This document shows, one piece after another, positions 1 through 9,690 of a DNA stretch of 64,000 nucleotides. The notes below the pieces were generated by a model, which searched no databases, was not told the DNA's origin, and was given only the letters and a program-made list of their open reading frames with translations. Made by a program: the position numbers and the translations under genes. Source of the stretch: Deltaproteobacteria bacterium (GTDB lineage: Bacteria > Desulfobacterota > Binatia > Binatales > Binataceae); NCBI GenBank assembly GCA_021780755.1, contig JAJXYF010000008.1, positions 66,621 through 130,620 of the forward strand. Direction: 5' to 3'. Within the stretch, counting starts at the first letter, position 1. Each line of letters opens with the position of its first letter.

Positions 1-1077
1 GAACAGCTTTCAGAGGCGCCCAACGCGCGCGAGACCGACGTGCTGGTCTCGACCGGTGAGCAGGTGTCGGCGGCGCTGCTGGCGATTCGGCTGCAGGCGC
101 TTGGCTACTCGACGGTCTCGTTGCTCGGCCATCAACTGAAGATAAGGACCGATTCGTGCCACGGCGCGGCCAAGATCAAGGCGGTGGAGTCCGAGCGGAT
201 TCGGGATGCGCTCGCGGCGGGCAATATCGTGGTGGTGGCGGGATACCAGGGGGTTGACGGGGAGGACGATATTACTACGCTCGGGCGTGGCGCGTCGGAT
301 CTGACGGCGGTAGCGCTGGCGGCGGTGATGAAGGCGTCGGCGTGCGAAATCTATACGGACGTGGACGGGGTTTACACGGCCGACCCGCGGATTTGCCCTC
401 GGGCGCGGCGGCTGGACCGGATTTCTTACGATGAGATGCTGGAAATGGCGGGACTCGGCGCGAAGGTCCTGCAACTGCGATCGGTCGAGTTGGCGCGGCG
501 CTTCCACGTTCCGCTGGTGGTGCTCTCGAGCTTTGCGGATGAATCCGGCGGAACGTGGGTCGGGCAGGAGGACAAATCGATGGAGAACGTGCTCGTCTCA
601 GGTGTGACGCTCGATCAGAATCAGAGCAAGATCACGCTGACCGGGGTCGAGGATCGGCCGGGACTGGCGGCGCGAATTTTCGGGCCGATCGCGGACACCG
701 GAATCGTGGTTGATATGATTATTCAGAATGCGAGTGCGGACGGCCGCACCGACATGACGTTTACCGTGCCGCGGACGGACTTGCGGCGGGCGCTGGAAAT
801 CGTGCGGGGCGTGGTGGCCGAAATCGGTGCGGCGGGCGTGCGTCACGAGGACCAGGTCGCGAAGGTTTCGATTATCGGGGTGGGCATGCGCACGCATGCG
901 GGCGTCGCGGCGACGATGTTCAAGGTGCTGGCGGCCGAGGGCGTGAATATCGAGATGATCGCGACCTCGGAAATCAAAGTGTCGGTGGTGGTCAACGCGA
1001 AATACGGCGAGCTTGCGATGCGCGCCCTGCACGACGCATTCTTGGGCCTCGGGGCGAATGCGGCGGAGACGGAATAG
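1..1077 (+). CDS. lysC: Aspartate kinase (5' end outside window)
   Basis: TTLGRGASDLTAVALA, IYTDVDGVYTADPR, EMLEMA..GAKVL, and two C-terminal ACT domains (VDMIIQN; KVSIIGVGMR..TSEIKVS). Frame is open from the window start. Confidence 0.95.
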   Translation, partial: EQLSEAPNARETDVLVSTGEQVSAALLAIRLQALGYSTVSLLGHQLKIRTDSCHGAAKIKAVESERIRDALAAGNIVVVAGYQGVDGEDDITTLGRGASDLTAVALAAVMKASACEIYTDVDGVYTADPRICPRARRLDRISYDEMLEMAGLGAKVLQLRSVELARRFHVPLVVLSSFADESGGTWVGQEDKSMENVLVSGVTLDQNQSKITLTGVEDRPGLAARIFGPIADTGIVVDMIIQNASADGRTDMTFTVPRTDLRRALEIVRGVVAEIGAAGVRHEDQVAKVSIIGVGMRTHAGVAATMFKVLAAEGVNIEMIATSEIKVSVVVNAKYGELAMRALHDAFLGLGANAAETE

Positions 1078-1080
1078 CCA

Positions 1081-2760
1081 ATGGCGGTAGTGAAGAAAAT
1101 CCAGATCTACGACACCACGCTGCGCGACGGGTGCCAATCGGAGGATGTCTCGCTAACGACCGAGGACAAGCTGCAAATTGCCGAGCGGCTCGACGATTTG
1201 GGCATCGACTATATCGAGGGCGGATGGCCGGGGTCGAACCTGCGGGATGCGGCGTTTTTCAAGGAGATCAAGCGGCTCAAGTTGCATCACGCGAAGATCG
1301 CGGCGTTCGGGGCGACGCGGCGGGCGAATATCCGGGCGGCGGCGGACCGTAACCTGCAATTGATGTTGCAGGCGGACACGCCGGTGGCGACGGTCGTCGG
1401 CAAGACCTGGGATCTGCACGTGCGCGAGGCGCTGCGGATCTCGCTCGCGTCGAACCTCGAAATACTGAACGACACGATCGCGTACCTGAAGAAGCATTTC
1501 GACGAAGTGATTTTCGACGCGGAGCATTTTTTCGACGGCTACGCGAACAATCCTGAATATGCGATCGCGTGTATCAAGGCGGTGGACGACGCGGGCGTTG
1601 ACCTGGTGTGCCTGTGCGACACCAATGGCGGGCGGATGCCGTGGGAAATCGAGGACGCGACGCGGGCGGCAGCAGCGGCGCTGCGCGCACCGGTCGGCAT
1701 CCATTGCCATAACGATTCAGAAGTGGCGGTGGCGAACACACTGGCGGCGATTCGCAGCGGAGCGATCCAGGTGCAGGGGACGATCAACGGGCTGGGGGAG
1801 CGCTGCGGGAACGCGAATCTGGTTTCGATTATCGGGAATCTGCAGATCAAGCTCGGCTACAACTGCGTGCCGCAGGCCAAGCTGAAGACGTTGCAGGAAA
1901 CCTCGATGTTGGTGTACGAGCTGGCGAATATCACACCCAACCGGCGGCAGGCGTACGTCGGGCGCAGCGCCTTTGCGCATAAGGCGGGGCTGCATGTGTC
2001 GGGAATCCAGCGCAACGTGCATACATACGAACACGTCGATCCGGCGCTGGTCGGCAACGATCGGCGCGTGCTGCTCTCGGAGCTTTCGGGACGCGCGAAC
2101 ATTCTCTACAAGACGCGCGAATTCGGCATCGAATCGGACCTGACGCCGGAGCAGATCGAGGCGCTGCTCGACGAGCTCAAGCGGCTTGAGGCATTGGGCT
2201 ATACGTTCGACGGGGCCGACGCGTCGTTCGAACTGCTGATGCTGCGGACGCTCGGCCGCGTGAAGGACCATTTCAACTTCGTGAGCTTCCGCGTGTTCGA
2301 TGACAAGTGGCATGAGGAGCAGGCGCCGTTCAGCGAGGCGGTGATCGTAATCGAAGGGCCGGACGGACGGCGCACGCGCAACTCGGCGATCGGTAACGGG
2401 CCGGTCAACGCGCTCGATTCGGCGCTGCGCCAGGCGCTGGTACCGTACTATCCAGGGCTCGCCAGCATGCAGCTCGCCGATTACAAGGTGCGCGTGCTCG
2501 ACAATGGCGCGGGCACCGGAGCGCGTGTGCGCGTGCTGATCGAATCGACCGACGGGCGGCGCCGATGGGGCACGGTTGGACTGTCAAGCAACGTGGTCGA
2601 GGCGAGCTGGCAGGCGCTTGTGGATTCGGTGGAATACAAACTGCACAAGGATAACGTGAAGCCGCGCATCCGGCCGCAGGTCGAGAGCAACGGAAAGCGG
2701 CGCGCGGGGAAGTCGCGCGGGGCGGCGGAAAGTGCCGCCAACGGCGCCGCGAAGATTTGA
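1081..2760 (+). CDS. cimA: Citramalate synthase (LeuA/CimA family)
   Basis: YDTTLRDG, YIEGGWPGSN, FDAEHFFDG, HCHND, GERCGN, and a C-terminal regulatory domain (GNGPVNALD, WGTVG). Follows lysC, as is usual for cimA. Confidence 0.9.
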   Translation: MAVVKKIQIYDTTLRDGCQSEDVSLTTEDKLQIAERLDDLGIDYIEGGWPGSNLRDAAFFKEIKRLKLHHAKIAAFGATRRANIRAAADRNLQLMLQADTPVATVVGKTWDLHVREALRISLASNLEILNDTIAYLKKHFDEVIFDAEHFFDGYANNPEYAIACIKAVDDAGVDLVCLCDTNGGRMPWEIEDATRAAAAALRAPVGIHCHNDSEVAVANTLAAIRSGAIQVQGTINGLGERCGNANLVSIIGNLQIKLGYNCVPQAKLKTLQETSMLVYELANITPNRRQAYVGRSAFAHKAGLHVSGIQRNVHTYEHVDPALVGNDRRVLLSELSGRANILYKTREFGIESDLTPEQIEALLDELKRLEALGYTFDGADASFELLMLRTLGRVKDHFNFVSFRVFDDKWHEEQAPFSEAVIVIEGPDGRRTRNSAIGNGPVNALDSALRQALVPYYPGLASMQLADYKVRVLDNGAGTGARVRVLIESTDGRRRWGTVGLSSNVVEASWQALVDSVEYKLHKDNVKPRIRPQVESNGKRRAGKSRGAAESAANGAAKI

Positions 2761-2793
2761 CAAAGCCGGGCCTGATCGATTCAGGAGGTAGCG

Positions 2794-3510
2794 GTGATGG
2801 CCGCAATGAGCACGATTCGCGAAGATATCGACGCGGTCTTTCAGCACGATCCGGCGGCGCGTACGACGCTCGAAGTGGTGCTCGCATATCCCGGGCTCCA
2901 CGCCATCTGGATGTACCGCGGGGCGCATTGGCTGTGGCAACACAACCTGAAATTGCTGGGACGGCTGTTGAGCGAAGTTTCGCGCTGGATCACCGGCATC
3001 GAGATTCATCCGGGGGCGCGGATCGGGCGGCGGTTTTTCATCGATCATGGGATGGGCGTGGTGATTGGCGAGACCGCCGAGATCGGCGACGACGTGCTCA
3101 TCTACCAGGGCGTCACGCTTGGCGGCACCAGTCTCAAGAAGGAAAAGCGGCATCCGACGATCGAGGATTACGTTATGATCAGCGCGGGTGCGGCGGTGAT
3201 CGGACCGGTGACGATCGGACGCGGCAGCCGAATCGGCGCGGGCGCGGTGGTGGTGTCGTCGTCGCCGCCGTATTCGACGATCGTCGGCATCCCCGGGAAG
3301 ATCGTCGAGGGGGAGCGTCCGCGGGCGGATTTCGCGGACCTCGATCACGCGCGGCTGCCCGATCCGGTCGCTCGTGCGATGAGCAATCTGGTGGACAAAA
3401 TCAATCAGCTCAGTATCCGGCTCGAAGAGATGGAGGAGCGGCAGGACTGTCTCGAGGACAAGATTCCGGCGCCTGCGCCGCTGCCCAACGGCGCCGCGAA
3501 AGAAACTTGA
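2794..3510 (+). CDS. cysE: Serine O-acetyltransferase
   Basis: [53 protein letters not shown] upstream. Confidence 0.95.
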   Translation: MMAAMSTIREDIDAVFQHDPAARTTLEVVLAYPGLHAIWMYRGAHWLWQHNLKLLGRLLSEVSRWITGIEIHPGARIGRRFFIDHGMGVVIGETAEIGDDVLIYQGVTLGGTSLKKEKRHPTIEDYVMISAGAAVIGPVTIGRGSRIGAGAVVVSSSPPYSTIVGIPGKIVEGERPRADFADLDHARLPDPVARAMSNLVDKINQLSIRLEEMEERQDCLEDKIPAPAPLPNGAAKET

Positions 3511-3536
3511 GCGGCGAATCGAAATCGCGGTGTAGC

Positions 3537-4312
3537 TTAGAGGGTGATTTCGCCGCGCAGGTATTCGACGGTGTCGCCGGCGATGGTGACGCGATCGCCA
3601 AGCATCTCAACCCAAAGTTCGCCGCCGCGCGCCGATAACTGCCGCGCGCTCAGCGATGACTTTCCGAGCTTCACCGACCAGTAGGGCGTCAGCGTGCAAT
3701 GGGCGGAACCGGTGACGGGGTCTTCGGGAACCCCGGCCTTCGGTGCGAAAAAGCGCGAGACGAAATCGACCTGCTCGCCGGGCGCGGAGACGATGACGGC
3801 GAAGGCGTCGAGCATCGCGAGACGAGACATGTCGGGGCGCAGATCGCGAATCTGATCCTCGGAGTCGAAGATCGCGAGAACGTCGCGCGCGAGTAGGACC
3901 TCTCGCGGTCGTGCACCGAGCGCGGTGACCAGCGCGTCGTTTGTTTCGATCGGTTTGCCCGGGCGTGCCGGAAAATCCATCCGCAGGAGTCCCTTGTGGC
4001 GCGCAACGATGAGTTCACCGCTGCGCGTCGCGAAGCGAACCGAAGCCTGCCCGCAGCGGTAGGAATTCAGAATGACGTGAGCGGCGGCCAGAGTAGCGTG
4101 ACCGCACAGATCCATTTCGATCGCCGGCGTGAACCATCGCAAGGGCACGACTTCGGACTGCAAGGTCACGAAGGCGGTTTCCGAGAGATTGTTCTCCATC
4201 GCGACCGCCGCCATCACAGAGTCCGGCAGTGGTTGAGCACGACGACCGCCGCGGGATTACCGCGAAACAGGCCGCTGGTAAATGCGTCGATCTGGTAAAT
4301 TGGAAAGTTCAT
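3537..4312 (-). pseudogene. PhzF-family isomerase, frameshifted near codon 28
   Basis: The N-terminus MNFPIYQIDAFTSGLFRGNPAAVV starts at 4312 in a different frame from the rest (NLSETAF, RWFTP..E.DLCGHATLA, EDPVTGSAH; ORF 3537..4217). 4312-4217=95 is not a multiple of 3. Confidence 0.8.
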
Positions 4313-4527
4313 GCGATGGCCTGCTGACGAAAGAAATTTGCGCCCGTCCATATTAGCCGAGGCCGCGCCTGACGTTCATCAGTTGCGGGGCAATCGGGCA
4401 TCAAGGCGCGCGGGCACCCGCCACGATTAGGTCGGGGGGACTATCGCGGGCCTGAAAATAACCGGCTTTTGCCGCAACAACAGGCAAGATAAGTTATAAC
4501 GCTTCAGGTAGAATCAACCAGAACAGG

Positions 4528-5697
4528 ATGCGAATTTATCTCGATCATAACGCGGGGTCGCCGATGCGGCCCGCGGTGCGCGACGCAATTGCGCGAGTCG
4601 GCGCTGCGGCGCACGGGAACCCCGCGTCGGTGCATCGATCGGGCCAGCATGCGCGGCGGGCGCTCGAGCAGGCGCGCGAGCAGGTAGCGGCGCTGATCGG
4701 GGCCTCGGCGCGCGCGATCGTCTTTACCAGTGGCGGCACGGAATCGAACAACCTGGCAATTTTTGGGGCGGCACGCGCGGCGGGCGGCGACCGGCGACGG
4801 ATTGTCACGTCGGCGATCGAGCATTCGTCGGTGATGGCGCCGATGGCTGATCTCGAAGCTCGCGGCTTTGAGGTAATTCGAATCGCGCCGGATCGCGACG
4901 GCCGCGTCAATCCGGAGAAGGTCGCGGCGGCGATCGATAACGGTGTCGCGCTGGTGACGATCGGGCTGGTCAACGCTGAGGTCGGGACGATCATGGACGT
5001 CGGGGCGGTCGCGCGAAAAGCGACGCGAGTGGGCGCGCTGTTTCATTTGGACGCGGCGCAGGCGGCGGGCCGAATCAAGCTGCGGGTCGAAGAACTGAGC
5101 TGCGATCTGATGACGGTGAGCGCGCACAAGATTGGCGGTCCGGCCGGTTGCGGAGCGCTGTTCGTGCGGCCGAGAGCGCGCGTCGCACCGAGCATGCTGG
5201 GCGGTCCGCAGGAGAGCGGGATGCGCGCGGGCACCCCGAATCTGATCGGAGCGATCGGTTTCGGGGTCGCGGCGGCTGAGGTGTCGGGCGCACTGGAGGA
5301 CGAACGCGCGCGAATCGCGGTGCTGGGCGACGCACTGCTGGAACATCTGAGCGCGGCGATTCCCGGCGTGCGTCTTAACGGCGCGCGCAATGGACGCGTC
5401 GCGAATACGCTTAACCTGACATTTCCCGGCGTGCTTGGTGAGAGCATGTTGATCGCGCTCGACCTTGAGGGCGTGGAAGTTTCGATGGGATCGGCCTGTG
5501 CGGCGGGAGCGGTGGAGCCGTCGCACGTGCTGACGGCGATGGGCCGCAGTGCGGCCGAGGCGCGCAGTTCGCTGCGTATCAGCGCGGGCTGGAGCACGAC
5601 CGCCAACGATATTGCGCACGCGGCGGAAATTATCCCGCGGGTGTGGCGGCGGGTGGCGGGCGCCGAGCCGGCCTTCGATGCCGAGGCCCTGCGATGA
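4528..5697 (+). CDS. Cysteine desulfurase (IscS/NifS class I)
   Basis: IYLDHNA, GNPASVH, FTSGGTESNN, EHSS, SAHKIGGP (PLP Lys), RAGT, SMGSAC (catalytic Cys). ATGA-coupled to mnmA. Confidence 0.92.
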   Translation: MRIYLDHNAGSPMRPAVRDAIARVGAAAHGNPASVHRSGQHARRALEQAREQVAALIGASARAIVFTSGGTESNNLAIFGAARAAGGDRRRIVTSAIEHSSVMAPMADLEARGFEVIRIAPDRDGRVNPEKVAAAIDNGVALVTIGLVNAEVGTIMDVGAVARKATRVGALFHLDAAQAAGRIKLRVEELSCDLMTVSAHKIGGPAGCGALFVRPRARVAPSMLGGPQESGMRAGTPNLIGAIGFGVAAAEVSGALEDERARIAVLGDALLEHLSAAIPGVRLNGARNGRVANTLNLTFPGVLGESMLIALDLEGVEVSMGSACAAGAVEPSHVLTAMGRSAAEARSSLRISAGWSTTANDIAHAAEIIPRVWRRVAGAEPAFDAEALR

Positions 5698-6788
5698 GCG
5701 CGCGGGTGCTGGTGGCGATGTCGGGCGGGGTCGATAGCTCGGTCGCGGCGGCACTGCTGTGCGAGCAGGGCTACGAGGTCGTCGGTGTCGCGATGCGGCT
5801 CACGGCGGAAGCATCGCCGTCGAGTGCCGTGCGGCGCGCGACGTGCTGCTCGCATGAAGATTTCGAGGACGCGCGGCGAGTGGCCGAGCGGATGGATTTC
5901 CCATTTTACGTGATCGATCTGCGCGCCGACTTCGCGGCGCGGGTGGTGGGCAACTTCGTCTCCGAGTATCTCGGCGGGCGTACGCCGAATCCGTGCGTGA
6001 TGTGCAATCGCGAGATCAAGTTCGACCGCCTGTGGAGCCGCGCGCGCGCGCTGGAGGCGGACTTCGTTGCCACCGGCCATTATGCGCAAATCGAGCGCGA
6101 CGCGGGCGGCCGGTTCCATTTGCGGCGCGGGATCGACAGCACCAAGGACCAGTCGTACTTCCTGTTCACGCTCGGGCAGAGCGAACTCGCGCGCACGCTC
6201 TTTCCGCTCGGTGCGATGACAAAGAGCGAAGTTCGCGAGCGGGCGCGTGCCTTGGGACTTGCGAATGCCGACAAGCCGGAGAGCCAGGAAATATGTTTCG
6301 TGCCCGACGGCGACTACGCGAGTTTCGTCGAACGGGCGGTGGCGCCGGCGGAGATTCGCCGCGGGAGCGTGGTGACGGCGGACGGGCAGGCGCTGGCGAG
6401 TCACGGCGGAGTACATCGATTTACGGTGGGCCAGCGGCGCGGACTGGGAATCGCGGCGGGCACGCCGATGTACGTCAGTGAAATCCGCGCGGCGACTGGC
6501 GAGGTGGTGGTCGGCCCGCGCGATCAATTGAACGCGGCAGGGCTGGTCGCGGGGCAGGTGCGGATGGTCGATCCGGTGTGGTTCGAGAGTGGCGAGGTCA
6601 GGCTCGAAGTGAAGATTCGCTACCGCCATCCGGCGCTGCCGGCAAGGCTGAGGATGCTTACGGGCGAGCGCGCCGAGATTCGTTTCGAGCATGGTGGGCC
6701 GGCGGTGACGCCGGGACAGGCGTGCGTATTTTATCGCGGTGACGAAGTGCTGGGCGGCGGCTTTATCGAACGGGCGGTCGAGGCCTAG
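5694..6788 (+). CDS. mnmA: tRNA-specific 2-thiouridylase
   Basis: AMSGGVDSS PP-loop, TPNPCVMCN..IKF, ATGHY, KDQSYFL, SQEICF, TVGQRRGLG, TPGQ. ATG at 5694 overlaps the upstream stop. Confidence 0.95.
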   Translation: MSARVLVAMSGGVDSSVAAALLCEQGYEVVGVAMRLTAEASPSSAVRRATCCSHEDFEDARRVAERMDFPFYVIDLRADFAARVVGNFVSEYLGGRTPNPCVMCNREIKFDRLWSRARALEADFVATGHYAQIERDAGGRFHLRRGIDSTKDQSYFLFTLGQSELARTLFPLGAMTKSEVRERARALGLANADKPESQEICFVPDGDYASFVERAVAPAEIRRGSVVTADGQALASHGGVHRFTVGQRRGLGIAAGTPMYVSEIRAATGEVVVGPRDQLNAAGLVAGQVRMVDPVWFESGEVRLEVKIRYRHPALPARLRMLTGERAEIRFEHGGPAVTPGQACVFYRGDEVLGGGFIERAVEA

Positions 6789-6795
6789 GACGCCG

Positions 6796-8124
6796 ATGCG
6801 TTTCGCGATCGCCACGCTGGGCTGCAAGGTGAATCAATACGACTCGGCGATTATCGAGTCGCGGCTGGGCGCGCTCGGCATGGAGCGCGGCGAGTTCGAC
6901 GAGCCGGCCGACGTTTATATCGTCAACACGTGCACGGTGACCGACCGCGCGGACGCGGAAAGTCTGCGGCTGGCGCGGCGCGCGCGCCGCTTGAATCCTC
7001 ACGCGCGCGTGATCATGACGGGATGTCTGGCGCAGGCGAGTCCGGAAAAGCTGGCGGTTGCGGCGGAAGTCGATTCGATCGTGGGACTCGGGCGCGCGGG
7101 CGATCTCGAGCGGGCGGTGAACGGCGTCGCGCATGAGCGCGTGATGGTCTCGAACCTGCGCAAGGAGCGCGCCGCGATTGAACTCGCGCCGGTCGCGCTC
7201 GAGGGGCATACGCGGGCCTTTCTGAAACTGCAGGAGGGCTGCGATCAGTTCTGCACCTTTTGTATCGTGCCGATGTCGCGGGGGTTATCGCGCAGTGTGG
7301 AACCGCGCCGCGTGATGGACGCGATCGACGGAATGTACGAGCGGGGTTTCAAGGAAGTAATTCTGACGGGAGTGCATCTGGGGGGCTACGGAAAGGACCT
7401 GGAGCCGGCAATCGCGCTCGAAGAGTTGCTTGAGATGATCGCCGAGCGATCGCCGATCGGGCGAGTGCGGATAAGCTCGCTCGATCCGGAAGAGCTGAGC
7501 GATCGGATCATATCGATCGTCGCGCGGAGCGGAAAATTCTGTCCGCACTTCCATCTGCCGCTGCAGGCCGGAGAGGACGCGGTGCTCGCGCGGATGCGGC
7601 GCCGATACACGGTCGAGCATTATCGGGAACGGGTCGCGCGGATTCTCGAAGCGATGCCGGAGGCGGCGATTGGTACCGACCTGATCGTGGGGTTTCCGGG
7701 CGAGTCGTCGCGTCAGTTCGAGGAATGCTTTAAGTTTGTCGAGAGCCTGCCGCTGGCCTACTTCCACGTGTTTCCATACTCGGTACGGGCGGGCACGACG
7801 GCAGCGAAGTTTGGCGAGCAGGTGGCGGCGGGCGAGATCAAGCGGCGGGCGGCGGCGATGCGCGAACTGGGCGAGCGCAAGCGCGGTGAGTTTGCCCGGC
7901 GCATGGTTGGAACGAAACTTCGAGTGCTGCTTGAGGAACGGACGGCAGGGCGGCTCACGGGTTACAGCCGCAACTACGTTCGGGTGCTGACGGATGGGCC
8001 CGAGGAACTGACAAATTTTGAAGTCGAGGTGGAGGCATCGGTTGTTCAGGGTGCTGCAGTGGCTGGCCAGATTACTCGGACGTTCGACACGCCCCGCGGC
8101 GCCGCAACAGGCTACACGGCCTGA
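6796..8124 (+). CDS. mtaB: tRNA t6A37 methylthiotransferase (radical SAM)
   Basis: TLGCKVNQYDS, NTCTVT, TGC, RAFLKLQEGCDQFCTFC (CxxxCxxC), HVFPYS..GT.A, GYSRNY. Confidence 0.9.
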   Translation: MRFAIATLGCKVNQYDSAIIESRLGALGMERGEFDEPADVYIVNTCTVTDRADAESLRLARRARRLNPHARVIMTGCLAQASPEKLAVAAEVDSIVGLGRAGDLERAVNGVAHERVMVSNLRKERAAIELAPVALEGHTRAFLKLQEGCDQFCTFCIVPMSRGLSRSVEPRRVMDAIDGMYERGFKEVILTGVHLGGYGKDLEPAIALEELLEMIAERSPIGRVRISSLDPEELSDRIISIVARSGKFCPHFHLPLQAGEDAVLARMRRRYTVEHYRERVARILEAMPEAAIGTDLIVGFPGESSRQFEECFKFVESLPLAYFHVFPYSVRAGTTAAKFGEQVAAGEIKRRAAAMRELGERKRGEFARRMVGTKLRVLLEERTAGRLTGYSRNYVRVLTDGPEELTNFEVEVEASVVQGAAVAGQITRTFDTPRGAATGYTA

Positions 8125-8806
8125 GAGTGATAGCGCGGGGCTGGCGCGAATCCTGGAATATACGTTCCAGCGGCCGGAATTACTGGAGACGGCGTTGACC
8201 CATCCGAGCGCCGTAACGGCGGGCGAACCCCATTACGAGCGACTCGAGTTCCTGGGCGATGCGGTGCTGGATCTGGCGATAGCGGACCTCTTGATGCGGC
8301 GCTTTCCGGAGGCCAAGGAAGGCTCGCTGTCGAAGGAGCGTGCGTCGATCGTCAACGGGCGGACGCTGGCGGTGAAGGCGATCGAGATTGGTCTCGGGCG
8401 CGAGATGCGGCTGGGCAAGGGCGAGGAGAAAAGCGGCGGGCGCGACAAGACGTCGATTCTCGCGGCGGCGTTCGAGGCGGTGATCGGCGCGATATATACC
8501 GATGGCGGACTGGATCCGGCGCGGCGGGTGGTCGAGCGGCTGTTCGTGGACGATATCGGCGGCCCGGCGGCGGAACGCGACTACAAGACGGAATTGCAGG
8601 AGATCGCGTATCGGCGATTTCGTTCGCAGCCGGTTTACGAACTGGTGTCGGCGCGGGGGCCCGATCATGCCAAGCGCTTCACCACCCGAATCCGGATCGC
8701 GGGACGCGAACTCGGAGTGGGCGAGGGCGGCAGCAAAAAGCAGAGCGAACAGGCGGCGGCACGTGCGGCGCTGGGCAGGATCGATCAGGATCGACTTGAG
8801 CAATAA
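8051..8806 (+). CDS. rnc: Ribonuclease III (start codon uncertain)
   Basis: ALTHPS, YERLEFLGDAVL, FEAVIGAIY.DGG, and a C-terminal dsRBD (DYKTELQE, GPDHAK.F, SKKQSEQ.AA). Confidence 0.93.
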   Translation: MLQWLARLLGRSTRPAAPQQATRPESDSAGLARILEYTFQRPELLETALTHPSAVTAGEPHYERLEFLGDAVLDLAIADLLMRRFPEAKEGSLSKERASIVNGRTLAVKAIEIGLGREMRLGKGEEKSGGRDKTSILAAAFEAVIGAIYTDGGLDPARRVVERLFVDDIGGPAAERDYKTELQEIAYRRFRSQPVYELVSARGPDHAKRFTTRIRIAGRELGVGEGGSKKQSEQAAARAALGRIDQDRLEQ

Positions 8807-9689
8807 CATTCATCGTGCAGGCTTCGTGACGATCGCGGGGCAGACCAATGTTGGCAAATCGACGCTGCTCAACTGTCTGGTCGGCCAGAAGGTGGCGATC
8901 GTAACGCCGCGGCCGCAGACCACGCGCCGGCGCATCCTGGGAATTCGCAATGACGCGGACGCGCAAATGATCCTGATCGATACGCCGGGACTGCACGAGG
9001 CGCGTCGCGAGCTCAATCGCCATATGGTTCAGACGGCGCGCCGGTGCCTGACCGAGGGCGAAGTGATCGTCGCGGTGATCCCGGGAAACGCCAAGTTCAG
9101 CGCGGCGGATCGCGCGATGGTGGCCGAGTTGGCCGAATTGGGCCGGCCGGTAGTGATCGCGCTCAACAAAATCGATCTCTCGACGCGCGAGCGGATGATG
9201 CCGCTGGTGCAGGAGATTCACGACGCGATACCGGCGGCCGAGATAGTGCCGGTCAGCGCGCTCAAGGGCGAGAATGTTGACGAGCTGGTGCGCGTGATCA
9301 AGCCGCTGCTGCCGGAGAGTCCGGCGCTGATGCCGGGCGACGAGTACACTGATCAGACCGAGCGGATGATCGCGGAAGAGATCGTGCGCGAGAAGATTTT
9401 TTTGGCGATGCGCCAGGAAGTGCCGTTTTCGACCGCAGTGCAGGTCGAGCAATTCGTCGAGGAAACCGATCGCAACCTGGTGAAGATCGCGGCGCTGATA
9501 ATCGTCGAGCGCGAGTCGCACAAGGGGATGATCATCGGGGCAGGCGGGCGACAGCTCAAAGAAATCGGGACGGCTGCGCGGCTCGAACTCGAAGAGATCC
9601 TGGGGCGGCGCGTGTTCCTCGAAACGCGGGTCAAGGTCGAGCGTGGCTGGACGGGCGATCCGCGCAGGCTGAAGGAGATGGGCTTTTAG
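8796..9689 (+). CDS. era: GTPase Era
   Basis: GFVTIAGQTNVGKSTL, PQTTR, DTPG, NKID, VSA, and a C-terminal KH domain (IIGAGG). Probable TTG start at 8796 overlapping the rnc stop. Confidence 0.95.
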   Translation: MSNNIHRAGFVTIAGQTNVGKSTLLNCLVGQKVAIVTPRPQTTRRRILGIRNDADAQMILIDTPGLHEARRELNRHMVQTARRCLTEGEVIVAVIPGNAKFSAADRAMVAELAELGRPVVIALNKIDLSTRERMMPLVQEIHDAIPAAEIVPVSALKGENVDELVRVIKPLLPESPALMPGDEYTDQTERMIAEEIVREKIFLAMRQEVPFSTAVQVEQFVEETDRNLVKIAALIIVERESHKGMIIGAGGRQLKEIGTAARLELEEILGRRVFLETRVKVERGWTGDPRRLKEMGF

Positions 9690-9690
9690 G

